From: Eledone cirrhosa
Taxonomy: Eukaryota
DNA length: 64,000 bases
Direction: 5' to 3'
Assembly (NCBI GenBank): GCA_964016885.1
Contig: OZ024758.1
Span: 38,316,001-38,380,000, forward strand
A model generated the notes under the pieces. It was not told the origin of the DNA, ran no database searches, and worked only from the letters and a program-made list of their open reading frames with translations. Position 1 is the stretch's first letter. Every line of letters begins with the position of its first letter. Both the position numbers and the translations under genes were made by a program. Shown here in pieces: positions 26,801 to 41,110 of the stretch.

Positions 26801-29800
26801 AACTCCACTGTTGGTGAGAATTCATTTAAGTCATGGTATTAGTTGTCAGAAGTAACTCCAATGTTGGTGAGAATTCATTTAAGTTCATGGTACTAGCTGT
26901 CAGAAGTAACTCCACTGTTGGTGAGAATTCATTTAAGTTCATGGTATTAGCTGTCAGAAGTAACTCCACTGTTGGTGAGAATTCATTTAAGTCATGGTAT
27001 TAGCTGTCAGAAGTAACTCCAATGTTGGTGAGAATTCATTTAAGTCTTGGTACTAGCTGTCAGAAGTAACTCCAATGTTGGTGAGAATTCAGTTAAGTTC
27101 ATGGTATTAGCTGTCAGAAGGAACTCCACTGTTGGTGAGAATTCATTTAAGTTCATGGTATTAGCTGTCAGAAGTAACTTCACTGTTGGTGAGAATTCAT
27201 TTAAGTTCATGGTACTAGCTGTCAGAAGTAACTCCACTGTTGGTGAGAATTCATTTAAGTTCATGGTACTAGCCGTCAGAAGTAACTCCACTGTTGGTGA
27301 GAATTCAGTTAAGTCCATGGTATTAGTTGTCAGAAGTAACTCCACTGTTGGTGAGAATTCATTTAAATCATGGTATTAGTTGTCAGAAGTAACTCCAATG
27401 TTGGTGAGAATTCATTTAAGTTCATGGTACTAGCTGTCAGAAGTAACTCCACTGTTGGTGAGAATTCATTTAAGTTCATGGTATTAGCTGTCAGAAGGAA
27501 CTCCACTGTTGGTGGGAATTCATTTAAGTTCATGGTATTAGCTGTGAGAAGTCACTCAACTGTTGGTGAGAATTCATTTAAGTTCATGGTATTAGCTGTC
27601 AGAAGTACCTCCACTGTTGGTGAGAATTCATTTAAGTTCATGGTATTAGCTGTCAGAAGTAACTCCACTGTTGGTGAGAATTCATTTAAGTTCATGGTAT
27701 TAGCTGTCAGAAGGAACTCCAATGTTGGTGAGAATTCACTTAAGTCATGGTACTAGCTGTCAGAAGTAACTCCACTGTTGGTGAGAATTCATTTAAGTTT
27801 ATGGTATTAGCTGTCAGAAGGAACGCCACTGTTGGTGAGAATTCATTTAAGTTCATGGTATTAGCTGTCAGAAGTAACTCCACTGTTGGTGAGAATTCAT
27901 TTAAGTTCATGGTACTAGCTGTCAGAAGTAACTCCAATGTTGGTGAGAATTCATTTAAGTTCATGGTATTAGCTGTCAGAAGTAACTCCACTGTTGGTGA
28001 GAATTCATTTAAGTTCATGGTATTAGCTGTCAGAAGGAACGCCACTGTTGGTGAGAATTCATTTAAGTTCATGGTATTAGCTGTCAGAAGTAACTCCACT
28101 GTTGGTGAGAATTCATTTAAGTTCATGGTACTAGCTGTCAGAAGTAACTCCAATGTTGGTGAGAATTCATTTAAGTTCATGGTATTAGCTGTCAGAAGGA
28201 TCTCCACTGTTGGTGAGAATTCATTTAAGTTCATGGTACTAGCTGTCAGAAGTAACTCTACTGTTGGTGAGAATTCATTTAAGTTCATGGTATTAGTTTG
28301 TCAGAAGTAACTCCACTGTTGGTGAGAATTCATTTAAGTCATGGTATTAGTTGTCAGAAGTAACTCCAATGTTGGTGAGAATTCATTTAAGTCATGGTAC
28401 TAGCTGTCAGAAGTAACTCCAATGTTGGTGAGAATTCATTTAAGTTCATCGTATTAGCTGTCAGAAGGAACTCCACTGTTGGTGAGAATTCATTTAAGTT
28501 CATGGTACTAGCTGTCAGAAGTCACTCCACTGTTGGTGGGAATTCATTTAAGTTCATGGTATTAGTTTGTCAGAAGTAACTCCACTGTTGGTGAGAATTC
28601 ATTTAAGTCATGGTATTAGTTGTCAGAAGTAACTCCAATGTTGGTGAGAATTCATTTAAGTTCATGGTACTAGCTGTCAGAAGTAACTCCACTGTTGGTG
28701 AGAATTCATTTAAGTTCATGGTATTAGCTGTCAGAAGTAACTCCACTGTTGGTGAGAATTCATTTAAGTCATGGTATTAGCTGTCAGAAGTAACTCCAAT
28801 GTTGGTGAGAATTCATTTAAGTCATGGTACTAGCTGTCAGAAGTAACTCCAATGTTGGTGAGAATTCATTTAAGTTCATGGTATTAGCTGTCAGAAGTCA
28901 CTCCAATGTTGGTGAGAATTCATTTAAGTTCATGGTATTAGCTGTCAGAAGTAACTCCACTGTTGGTGAGAATTCATTTAAGTTCATGGTATTAGCTGTC
29001 AGAAGTAACTCCACTGTTGGTGAGAATTCATTTAAGTTCATTGTATTAGTTGTCAGAAGTAACTCCACTGTTGGTGAGAATTCATTTAAATCATGGTATT
29101 AGTTGTCAGAAGTAACTCCAATGTTGGTGAGAATTCATTTAAGTTCATGGTACTAGCTGTCAGAAGTAACTCCACTGTTGGTGAGAATTCATTTAAGTTC
29201 ATGGTATTAGCTGTCAGAAGGAACTCCACTGTTGGTGGGAATTCATTTAAGTTCATGGTATTAGCTGTGAGAAGTCACTCCACTGTTGGTGAGAATTCAT
29301 TTAAGTTCATGGTATTAGCTGTCAGAAGTACCTCCACTGTTGGTGAGAATTCATTTAAGTTCATGGTATTAGCTGTCAGAAGTAACTCCACTGTTGGTGA
29401 GAATTCATTTAAGTTCATGGTATTAGCTGTCAGAAGGAACTCCAATGTTGGTGAGAATTCACTTAAGTCATGGTACTAGCTGTCAGAAGTAACTCCACTG
29501 TTGGTGAGAATTCATTTAAGTTTATGGTATTAGCTGTCAGAAGGAACGCCACTGTTGGTGAGAATTCATTTAAGTTCATGGTATTAGCTGTCAGAAGTAA
29601 CTCCACTGTTGGTGAGAATTCATTTAAGTTCATGGTACTAGCTGTCAGAAGTAACTCCAATGTTGGTGAGAATTCATTTAAGTTCATGGTATTAGCTGTC
29701 AGAAGGAACTCCACTGTTGGTGAGAATTCATTTAAGTCATGGTACTAGCTGTCAGAAGTAACTCCACTGTTGGTGAGAATTCATTTAAGTTCATGGTATT

Positions 29801-32800
29801 AGCTGTCAGAAGGAACGCCACTGTTGGTGAGAATTCATTTAAGTTCATGGTATTAGCTGTCAGAAGTAACTCCACTGTTGGTGAGAATTCATTTAAGTTC
29901 ATGGTACTAGCTGTCAGAAGTAACTCCAATGTTGGTGAGAATTCATTTAAGTTCATGGTATTAGCTGTCAGAAGGATCTCCACTGTTGGTGAGAATTCAT
30001 TTAAGTTCATGGTACTAGCTGTCAGAAGTAACTCTACTGTTGGTGAGAATTCATTTAAGTTCATGGTATTAGTTTGTCAGAAGTAACTCCACTGTTGGTG
30101 AGAATTCATTTAAGTCATGGTATTAGTTGTCAGAAGTAACTCCAATGTTGGTGAGAATTCATTTAAGTCATGGTACTAGCTGTCAGAAGTAACTCCAATG
30201 TTGGTGAGAATTCATTTAAGTTCATCGTATTAGCTGTCAGAAGGAACTCCACTGTTGGTGAGAATTCATTTAAGTTCATGGTACTAGCTGTCAGAAGTCA
30301 CTCCACTGTTGGTGGGAATTCATTTAAGTTCATGGTATTAGTTTGTCAGAAGTAACTCCACTGTTGGTGAGAATTCATTTAAGTCATGGTATTAGTTGTC
30401 AGAAGTAACTCCAATGTTGGTGAGAATTCATTTAAGTTCATGGTACTAGCTGTCAGAAGTAACTCCACTGTTGGTGAGAATTCATTTAAGTTCATGGTAT
30501 TAGCTGTCAGAAGTAACTCCACTGTTGGTGAGAATTCATTTAAGTCATGGTATTAGCTGTCAGAAGTAACTCCAATGTTGGTGAGAATTCATTTAAGTCA
30601 TGGTACTAGCTGTCAGAAGTAACTCCAATGTTGGTGAGAATTCATTTAAGTTCATGGTATTAGCTGTCAGAAGTCACTCCAATGTTGGTGAGAATTCATT
30701 TAAGTTCATGGTATTAGCTGTCAGAAGTAACTCCACTGTTGGTGAGAATTCATTTAAGTTCATGGTATTAGCTGTCAGAAGTAACTCCACTGTTGGTGAG
30801 AATTCATTTAAGTTCATTGTATTAGCTGTCAGAAGAAACTCCACTGTTGGTGAGAATTCATTTAAGTTCATGGTATTAGCTGTCAGAAGTAACTCCACTG
30901 TTGGTGAGAATTCATTTAAGTCATGGTATTTATTAGCTGTCAGAAGTAACACCAATGTTGGTGAGAATTCATTTAAGTCATGGTACTAGCTGTCAGAAGT
31001 AACTCCACTGTTGGTGAGAATTCATTTAAGTTCATGGTATTGGCTGTCAGAAGGAACGCCACTGTTGGTGAGAATTCATTTAAGTTCATGGTATTAGCTG
31101 TCAGAAGTAACTCCACTGTTGGTGAGAATTCATTTAAGTTCATGGTACTAGCTGTCAGAAGTAACTCCAATGTTGGTGAGAATTCATTTAAGTTCATGGT
31201 ATTAGCTGTCAGAAGGAACTCCACTGTTGCTGAGAATTCATTTAAGTTCATGGTATTAGCTGTCAGAAGTAACTCCACTGTTGGTGAGAATTCATTTAAG
31301 TTCATGGTATTAGCTGTCAGAAGTAACTCCACTGTTGGTGAGAATTCATTTAAGTCATGGTATTAGCTGTCAGAAGTAACTCCATTGTTGGTGAGAATTC
31401 ATTTAAGTCATGGTACTAGCTGTCAGAAGTAACTCCAATGTTGGTGAGAATTCATTTAAGTCATGGTACTAGCTGTCAGAAGTAACTCCACTGTTGGTGA
31501 GAATTCATTTAAGTTCATGGTATTAGCTGTCAGAAGGAACTCCACTGTTGGTGAGAATTCATTTAAGTTCATGGTATTAGCTGTCAGAAGTAACTCCACT
31601 GTTGGTGAGAATTCATTTATGTTCATGGTATTAGCTGTCAGAAGTAACTCCACTGTTGGTGAGAATTCATTTAAGTTCATGGTACTAGCTGTCAGAAGTA
31701 ACTCCAATGTTGGTGAGAATTCATTTAAGTTCATGGTATTAGCTGTCAGAAGTAACTCCACTGTTGGTGAGAATTCATTTAAGTCATGGTATTTATTAGC
31801 TGTCAGAAGTAACACCAATGTTGGTGAGAATTCATTTAAGTCATGGTACTAGCTGTCACAAGTAACTCCACTGTTGGTGAGAATTCATTTAAGTTCATGG
31901 TACTAGCTGTCAGAAGTAACTCCATTGTTGGTGAGAATTCATTTAAGTTCATGGTATTAGTTTGTCAGAAGTAACTCCACTGTTGGTGAGAATTCATTTA
32001 AGTCATGGTATTAGTTGTCAGAAGTAACTCCAATGTTGGTGAGAATTCATTTAAGTTCATGGTACTAGCTGTCAGAAGTAACTCCACTGTTGGTGAGAAT
32101 TCATTTAAGTCATGGTATTAGCTGTCAGAAGTAACTCCAATGTTGGTGAGAATTCATTTAAGTTCATGGTATTAGCTGTCAGAAGTAACTCCACTGTTGG
32201 TGAGAATTCATTTAAGTTCATTGTATTAGCTGTCAGAAGAAACTCCACTGTTGGTGAGAATTCATTTAAGTTCATGGTATTAGCTGTTAGATGGAACTCC
32301 AATGTTGGTGAGAATTCATTTAAGTCATGGTACTAGCTGTCAGAAGTAACTCCACTGTTGGTGAGAATTCATTTAAGTTCATGGTATTGGCTGTCAGAAG
32401 GAACGCCACTGTTGGTGAGAATTCATTTAAGTTCATGGTATTAGCTGTCAGAAGTAACTCCACTGTTGGTGAGAATTCATTTAAGTTCATGGTACTAGCT
32501 GTCAGAAGTAACTCCAATGTTGGTGAGAATTCATTTAAGTTCATGGTATTAGCTGTCAGAAGGAACTCCACTGTTGCTGAGAATTCATTTAAGTTCATGG
32601 TATTAGCTGTCAGAAGTAACTCCACTGTTGGTGAGAATTCATTTAAGTTCATGGTATTAGCTGTCAGAAGTAACTCCATCGTTGGTGAGAATTCATTTAA
32701 GTCATGGTACTAGCTGTCAGAAGTAACTCCAATGTTGGTGAGAATTCATTTAAGTCATGGTACTAGCTGTCAGAAGTAACTCCACTGTTGGTGAGAATTC

Positions 32801-35800
32801 ATTTAAGTTCATGGTATTAGCTGTCAGAAGGAACTCCACTGTTGGTGAGAATTCATTTAAGTTCATGGTATTAGCTGTCAGAATTAACTCCACTGTTGGT
32901 GAGAATTCATTTAAGTTCATGGTATTAGCTGTCAGAAGTAACTCCACTGTTGGTGAGAATTCATTTAAGTTCATGGTACTAGCTGTCAGAAGTAACTCCA
33001 ATGTTGGTGAGAATTCATTTAAGTTCATGGTATTAGCTGTCAGAAGTAACTCCACTGTTGGTGAGAATTCATTTAAGTCATGGTATTTATTAGCTGTCAG
33101 AAGTAACACCAATGTTGGTGAGAATTCATTTAAGTCATGGTACTAGCTGTCAGAAGTAACTCCACTGTTGGTGAGAATTCATTTAAGTTCATGGTACTAG
33201 CTGTCAGAAGTAACTCCATTGTTGGTGAGAATTCATTTAAGTTCATGGTATTAGTTTGTCAGAAGTAACTCCACTGTTGGTGAGAATTCATTTAAGTCAT
33301 GGTATTAGTTGTCAGAAGTAACTCCAATGTTGGTGAGAATTCATTTAAGTTCATGGTACTAGCTGTCAGAAGTAACTCCACTGTTGGTGAGAATTCATTT
33401 AAGTCATGGTATTAGCTGTCAGAAGTAACTCCAATGTTGGTGAGAATTCATTTAAGTTCATGGTATTAGCTGTCAGAAGTCACTCCACTGTTGGTGAGAA
33501 TTCATTTAAGTTCATGGTACTAGCTGTCAGAAGTAACCCCAATGTTGGTGTGAATTCATTTAAGTTCATGGTATTAGCTGTCAGAAGTCACTCCAATGTT
33601 GGTGAGAATTCATTTAAGTTCATGGTATTAGCTGTCAGAAGTAATTCCACTGTTGGTGAGAATTCATTTAAGTTCATGGTATTAGCTGTCAGAAGTAACT
33701 CCACTGTTGGTGAGAATTCATTTAAGTTCATGGTACTAGTTGTCAGAAGTAACTCCACTGTTGGTGAGAATTCATTTAAGTTCATGGTATTAGTTGTCAG
33801 AAGTAACTCCACTGTTGGTGAGAATTCATTTAAGTTCATGGTATTAGCTGTCAGAAGTAACTCCACTGTTGGTGAGAATTCATTTAAGTCATGGTATTAG
33901 CTGTCAGAAGTAACTCCATTGTTGGTGAGAATTCATTTAAGTCATGGTACTAGCTGTCAGAAGTAACTCCACTGTTGGTGAGAATTCATTTAAGTTCATG
34001 GTATTAGCTGTCAGAAGGATCTCCACTGTTGGTGAGAATTCATTTAACTTCATGGTACTAGCTGTCAGAAGTAACTCTACTGTTGGTGAGAATTCATTTA
34101 AGTTCATGGTATTAGTTTGTCAGAAGTAACTCCACTGTTGGTGAGAATTCATTTAAGTCATGGTATTAGTTGTCAGAAGTAACTCCAATGTTGGTGAGAA
34201 TTCATTTAAGTCATGGTACTAGCTGTCAGAAGTAACTCCAATGTTGGTGAGAATTCATTTAAGTTCATCGTATTAGCTGTCAGAAGGAACTCCACTGTTG
34301 GTGAGAATTCATTTAAGTTCATGGTACTAGCTGTCAGAAGTCACTCCACTGTTGGTGAGAATTCATTTAAGTTCATGGCATTAGTTTGTCAGAAGTAACT
34401 CCACTGTTGGTGAGAATTCATTTAAGTCATGGTATTAGTTGTCAGAAGTAACTCCAATGTTGGTGAGAATTCATTTAAGTTCATGGTACTAGCTGTCAGA
34501 AGTAACTCCACTGTTGGTGAGAATTCATTTAAGTTCATGGTATTAGCTGTCAGAAGTAACTCCACTGTTGGTGAGAATTCATTTAAGTCATGGTATTAGC
34601 TGTCAGAAGTAACTCCAATGTTGGTGAGAATTCATTTAAGTCATGGTACTAGCTGTCAGAAGTAACTCCAATGTTGGTGAGAATTCATTTAAGTTCATGG
34701 TATTAGCTGTCAGAAGTCACTCCAATGTTGGTGAGAATTCATTTAAGTTCATGGTATTAGCTGTCAGAAGTAACTCCACTGTTGGTGAGAATTCATTTAA
34801 GTTCATGGTATTAGCTGTCAGAAGTAACTCCACTGTTGGTGAGAATTCATTTAAGTTCATGGTATTAGCTGTCAGAAGAAACTCCACTGTTGGTGAGAAT
34901 TCATTTAAGTTCATGGTATTAGCTGTTAGATGGAACTCCAATGTTGGTGAGAATTCATTTAAGTCATGGTACTAGCTGTCAGAAGTAACTCCACTGTTGG
35001 TGAGAATTCATTTAAGTTCATGGTATTAGCTGTCAGAAGGAACGCCACTGTTGGTGAGAATTCATTTAAGTTCATGGTATTAGCTGTCAGAAGTAACTCC
35101 ACTGTTGGTGAGAATTCATTTAAGTTCATGGTACTAGTTGTCAGAAGTAACTCCACTGTTGGTGAGAATTCATTTAAGTTCATGGTATTAGTTGTCAGAA
35201 GTAACTCCACTGTTGGTGAGAATTCATTTAAGTCATGGTATTAGTTGTCAGAAGTAACTCCAATGTTGGTGAGAATTCATTTAAGTCATGGTACTAGCTG
35301 TCAGAAGTAACTCCAATGTTGGTGAGAATTCATTTAAGTTCATGGTATTAGCTGTCAGAAGGAACTCCACTGTTGGTGAGAATTCATTTAAGTTCATGGT
35401 ATTAGCTGTCAGAAGTAACTCCACTGTTGGTGAGAATTCATTTAAGTTCATGGTACTAGCTGTCAGAAGTAACTCCACTGTTGGTGAGAATTCATTTAAG
35501 TCATGGTATTAGCTGTCAGAAGTAACTCCACTGTTGGTGAGAATTCATTTAGGTTCATGGTATTAGCTGACAGAAGTAACTCCACTGTTGATGAGAATTC
35601 ATTTAAGTTCATGGTACTAGCTGTCAGAAGTAACTCCACTGTTGGTGAGAATTCATTTAAGTTCATGGTATTAGTTTGTCAGAAGTAACTCCACTGTTGG
35701 TGAGAATTCATTTAAGTCATGGTATTAGTTGTCAGAGGTAACTCCAATGTTGGTGAGAATTCATTTAAGTTCATGGTACTAGCTGTCAGAAGTAACTCCA

Positions 35801-38800
35801 CTGTTGGTGAGAATTCATTTAAGTTCATGGTATTAGCTGTCAGAAGTAACTCCACTGTTGGTGAGAATTCATTTAAGTCATGGTATTAGCTGTCAGAAGT
35901 AACTCCAATGTTGGTCAGAATTCATTTAAGTCATGGTACTAGCTGTCAGAAGTAACTCCAATGTTGGTGAGAATTCAGTTAAGTTCATGGTATTAGCTGT
36001 CAGAAGGAACTCCACTGTTGGTGAGAATTCATTTAAGTTCATGGTATTAGCTGTCAGAAGTAACTCCACTGTTGGTGAGAATTCATTTAAGTTCATGGTA
36101 CTAGCTGTCAGAAGTAACTCCACTGTTGGTGAGAATTCATTTAAGTTCATGGTACTAGCTGTCAGAAGTAACTCCACTGTTGGTGAGAATTCATTTAAGT
36201 TCATGGTATTAGCTGTCAGAAGTAACTCCACTGTTGGTGAGAATTCATTTAAGTTCATGGTACTAGTTGTCAGAAGTAACTCCACTGTTGGTGAGAATTC
36301 ATTTAAGTTCATGGTATTAGTTGTCAGAAGTAACTCCACTGTTGGTGAGAATTCATTTAAGTCATGGTATTAGTTGTCAGAAGTAACTCCAATGTTGGTG
36401 AGAATTCATTTAAGTTCATGGTATTAGCTGTCAGAAGTCACTCCAATGTTGGTGAGAATTCATTTAAGTTCATGGTATTAGCTGTCAGAAGTAACTCCAC
36501 TGTTGGTGAGAATTCATTTAAGTTCATGGTATTAGCTGTCAGAAGTAACTCCACTGTTGGTGAGAATTCATTTAAGTTCATGGTATTAGCTGTCAGAAGA
36601 AACTCCACTGTTGGTGAGAATTCATTTAAGTTCATGGTATTAGCTGTTAGATGGAACTCCAATGTTGGTGAGAATTCATTTAAGTCATGGTACTAGCTGT
36701 CAGAAGTAACTCCACTGTTGGTGAGAATTCATTTAAGTTCATGGTATTAGCTGTCAGAAGGAACGCCACTGTTGGTGAGAATTCATTTAAGTTCATGGTA
36801 TTAGCTGTCAGAAGTAACTCCACTGTTGGTGAGAATTCATTTAAGTTCATGGTACTAGTTGTCAGAAGTAACTCCACTGTTGGTGAGAATTCATTTAAGT
36901 TCATGGTATTAGTTGTCAGAAGTAACTCCACTGTTGGTGAGAATTCATTTAAGTCATGGTATTAGTTGTCAGAAGTAACTCCAATGTTGGTGAGAATTCA
37001 TTTAAGTCATGGTACTAGCTGTCAGAAGTAACTCCAATGTTGGTGAGAATTCATTTAAGTTCATGGTATTAGCTGTCAGAAGGAACTCCACTGTTGGTGA
37101 GAATTCATTTAAGTTCATGGTATTAGCTGTCAGAAGTAACTCCACTGTTGGTGAGAATTCATTTAAGTTCATGGTACTAGCTGTCAGAAGTAACTCCACT
37201 GTTGGTGAGAATTCATTTAAGTTCATGGTATTAGCTGTCAGAAGTAACTCCACTGTTGGTGAGAATTCATTTAAGTCATGGTATTAGCTGTCAGAAGTAA
37301 CTCCATTGTTGGTGAGAATTCATTTAAGTCATGGTACTAGCTGTCAGAAGTAACTCCACTGTTGGTGAGAATTCATTTAAGTTCATGGTATTAGCTGTCA
37401 GAAGGATCTCCACTGTTGGTGAGAATTCATTTAACTTCATGGTACTAGCTGTCAGAAGTAACTCTACTGTTGGTGAGAATTCATTTAAGTTCATGGTATT
37501 AGTTTGTCAGAAGTAACTCCACTGTTGGTGAGAATTCATTTAAGTCATGGTATTAGTTGTCAGAAGTAACTCCAATGTTGGTGAGAATTCATTTAAGTCA
37601 TGGTACTAGCTGTCAGAAGTAACTCCAATGTTGGTGAGAATTCATTTAAGTTCATCGTATTAGCTGTCAGAAGGAACTCCACTGTTGGTGAGAATTCATT
37701 TAAGTTCATGGTACTAGCTGTCAGAAGTCACTCCACTGTTGGTGAGAATTCATTTAAGTTCATGGCATTAGTTTGTCAGAAGTAACTCCACTGTTGGTGA
37801 GAATTCATTTAAGTCATGGTATTAGTTGTCAGAAGTAACTCCAATGTTGGTGAGAATTCATTTAAGTTCATGGTACTAGCTGTCAGAAGTAACTCCACTG
37901 TTGGTGAGAATTCATTTAAGTTCATGGTATTAGCTGTCAGAAGTAACTCCACTGTTGGTGAGAATTCATTTAAGTCATGGTATTAGCTGTCAGAAGTAAC
38001 TCCAATGTTGGTGAGAATTCATTTAAGTCATGGTACTAGCTGTCAGAAGTAACTCCAATGTTGGTGAGAATTCATTTAAGTTCATGGTATTAGCTGTCAG
38101 AAGTCACTCCAATGTTGGTGAGAATTCATTTAAGTTCATGGTATTAGCTGTCAGAAGTAACTCCACTGTTGGTGAGAATTCATTTAAGTTCATGGTATTA
38201 GCTGTCAGAAGTAACTCCACTGATGGTGAGAATTCATTTAAGTTCATGGTATTAGCTGTCAGAAGAAACTCCACTGTTGGTGAGAATTCATTTAAGTTCA
38301 TGGTATTAGCTGTTAGATGGAACTCCAATGTTGGTGAGAATTCATTTAAGTCATGGTACTAGCTGTCAGAAGTAACTCCACTGTTGGTGAGAATTCATTT
38401 AAGTTCATGGTATTAGCTGTCAGAAGGAACGCCACTGTTGGTGAGAATTCATTTAAGTTCATGGTATTAGCTGTCAGAAGTAACTCCACTGTTGGTGAGA
38501 ATTCATTTAAGTTCATGGTACTAGTTGTCAGAAGTAACTCCACTGTTGGTGAGAATTCATTTAAGTTCATGGTATTAGTTGTCAGAAGTAACTCCACTGT
38601 TGGTGAGAATTCATTTAAGTCATGGTATTAGTTGTCAGAAGTAACTCCAATGTTGGTGAGAATTCATTTAAGTCATGGTACTAGCTGTCAGAAGTAACTC
38701 CAATGTTGGTGAGAATTCATTTAAGTTCATGGTATTAGCTGTCAGAAGGAACTCCACTGTTGGTGAGAATTCATTTAAGTTCATGGTATTAGCTGTCAGA

Positions 38801-41110
38801 AGTAACTCCACTTTTGGTGAGAATTCATTTAAGTTCATGGTACTAGCTGTCAGAAGTAACTCCACTGTTGGTGAGAATTCATTTAAGTCATGGTATTAGC
38901 TGTCAGAAGTAACTCCACTGTTGGTGAGAATTCATTTAGGTTCATGGTATTAGCTGACAGAAGTAACTCCACTGTTGGTGAGAATTCATTTAAGTTCATG
39001 GTACTAGCTGTCAGAAGTAACTCCACTGTTGGTGAGAATTCATTTAAGTTCATGGTATTAGTTTGTCAGAAGTAACTCCACTGTTGGTGAGAATTCATTT
39101 AAGTCATGGTATTAGTTGTCAGAGGTAACTCCAATGTTGGTGAGAATTCATTTAAGTTCATGGTACTAGCTGTCAGAAGTAACTCCACTGTTGGTGAGAA
39201 TTCATTTAAGTTCATGGTATTAGCTGTCAGAAGTAACTCCACTGTTGGTGAGAATTCATTTAAGTCATGGTATTAGCTGTCAGAAGTAACTCCAATGTTG
39301 GTCAGAATTCATATAAGTCATGGTACTAGCTGTCAGAAGTAACTCCAATGTTGGTGAGAATTCAGTTAAGTTCATGGTATTAGCTGTCAGAAGGAACTCC
39401 ACTGTTGGTGAGAATTCATTTAAGTTCATGGTATTAGCTGTCAGAAGTAACTCCACTGTTGGTGAGAATTCATTTAAGTTCATGGTACTAGCTGTCAGAA
39501 GTAACTCCACTGTTGGTGAGAATTCATTTAAGTTCATGGTACTAGCTGTCAGAAGTAACTCCACTGTTGGTGAGAATTCATTTAAGTTCATGGTATTAGC
39601 TGTCAGAAGTAACTCCACTGTTGGTGAGAATTCATTTAAGTTCATGGTACTAGTTGTCAGAAGTAACTCCACTGTTGGTGAGAATTCATTTAAGTTCATG
39701 GTATTAGTTGTCAGAAGTAACTCCACTGTTGGTGGGAATTCATTTAAGTCATGGTATTAGTTGTCAGAAGTAACTCCAATGTTGGTGAGAATTCATTTAA
39801 GTTCATGGTATTAGCTGTCAGAAGTCACTCCACTGTTGGTGAGAATTCATTTAAGTTCATGGTATTAGCTGTCAGAAGAAACTCCACTGTTGGTGAGAAT
39901 TCATTTACGTTCATGGTATTAGCTGTTAGATGGAACTCCAATGTTGGTGAGAATTCATTTAAGTCATGGTACTAGCTGTCAGAAGTAACTCCACTGTTGG
40001 TGAGAATTCATTTAAGTTCATGGTATTAGCTGTCAGAAGTAACTCCACTGTTGGTGAGAATTCATTTAAGTTCATGGTACTAGTTGTCAGAAGTAACTCC
40101 ACTGTTGGTGAGAATTCATTTAAGTTCATGGTATTAGTTGTCAGAAGTAACTCCACTGTTGGTGAGAATTCATTTAAGTCATGGTATTAGTTGTCAGAAG
40201 TAACTCCAATGTTGGTGAGAATTCATTTAAGTCATGGTACTAGCTGTCAGAAGTAACTCCAATGTTGGTGAGAATTCATTTAAGTTCATGGTATTAGCTG
40301 TCAGAAGGAACTCCACTGTTGGTGAGAATTCATTTAAGTTCATGGTATTAGCTGTCAGAAGTAACTCCACTGTTGGTGAGAATTCATTTAAGTTCATGGT
40401 ACTAGCTGTCAGAAGTAACTCCACTGTTGGTGAGAATTCATTTAAGTTCATGGTACTAGCTGTCAGAAGTAACTCCACTGTTGGTGAGAATTCATTTAGG
40501 TTCATGGTATTAGCTGACAGAAGTAACTCCACTGTTGGTGAGAATTCATTTAAGTTCATGGTACTAGCTGTCAGAAGTAACTCCACTGTTGGTGAGAATT
40601 CATTTAAGTTCATGGTATTAGTTTGTCAGAAGTAACTCCACTGTTGGTGAGAATTCATTTAAGTCATGGTATTAGTTGTCAGAGGTAACTCCAATGTTGG
40701 TGAGAATTCATTTAAGTTCATGGTACTAGCTGTCAGAAGTAACTCCACTGTTGGTGAGAATTCATTTAAGTTCATGGTATTAGTTTGTCAGAAGTAACTC
40801 CACTGTTGGTGAGAATTCATTTAAGTCATGGTATTAGTTGTCAGAAGTAACTCCAATGTTGGTGAGAATTCATTTAAGTCATGGTACTAGCTGTCAGAAG
40901 TAACTCCAATGTTGGTGAGAATTCATTTAAGTTCATGGTATTAGCTGTCAGAAGGAACTCCACTGTTGGTGAGAATTCATTTAAGTTCATGGTATTCGCT
41001 GTCAGAAGTAACTCCACTGTTGGTGAGAATTCATTTAAGTTCAAGGTACTAGCTGTCAGAAGTAACAACAATGTTGGTGAGAATTCATTTAAGTTCATGG
41101 TAATAGCTGT
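17790..41110 (+). repeat. Central satellite subdomain with private monomer variants and multi-kb internal duplications
   Basis: AACGCC (17869-38431), GTTAGATGGAAC (22754-39925), the TATTTATT insertion (23605-33084), AGGATCTCC and GCTGACAG were seen only here. Internal offsets of 6513, 6297, 8128, 8185, 1347, 1294 and 3387 bp come from ORF-track and marker positions. Confidence 0.82.
33850..39950 (+). repeat. 3387-bp (~63-monomer) tandem duplication, second copy partial; boundaries approximate
   Basis: ORF patterns recur at +3387 (33944/37331, 34213/37600, 34643/38030, 35503/38890, 35933/39320, 36364/39751). GCTGACAG lies at 35570/38957 and GTTAGATGG at 34925/38312. Confidence 0.88.
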
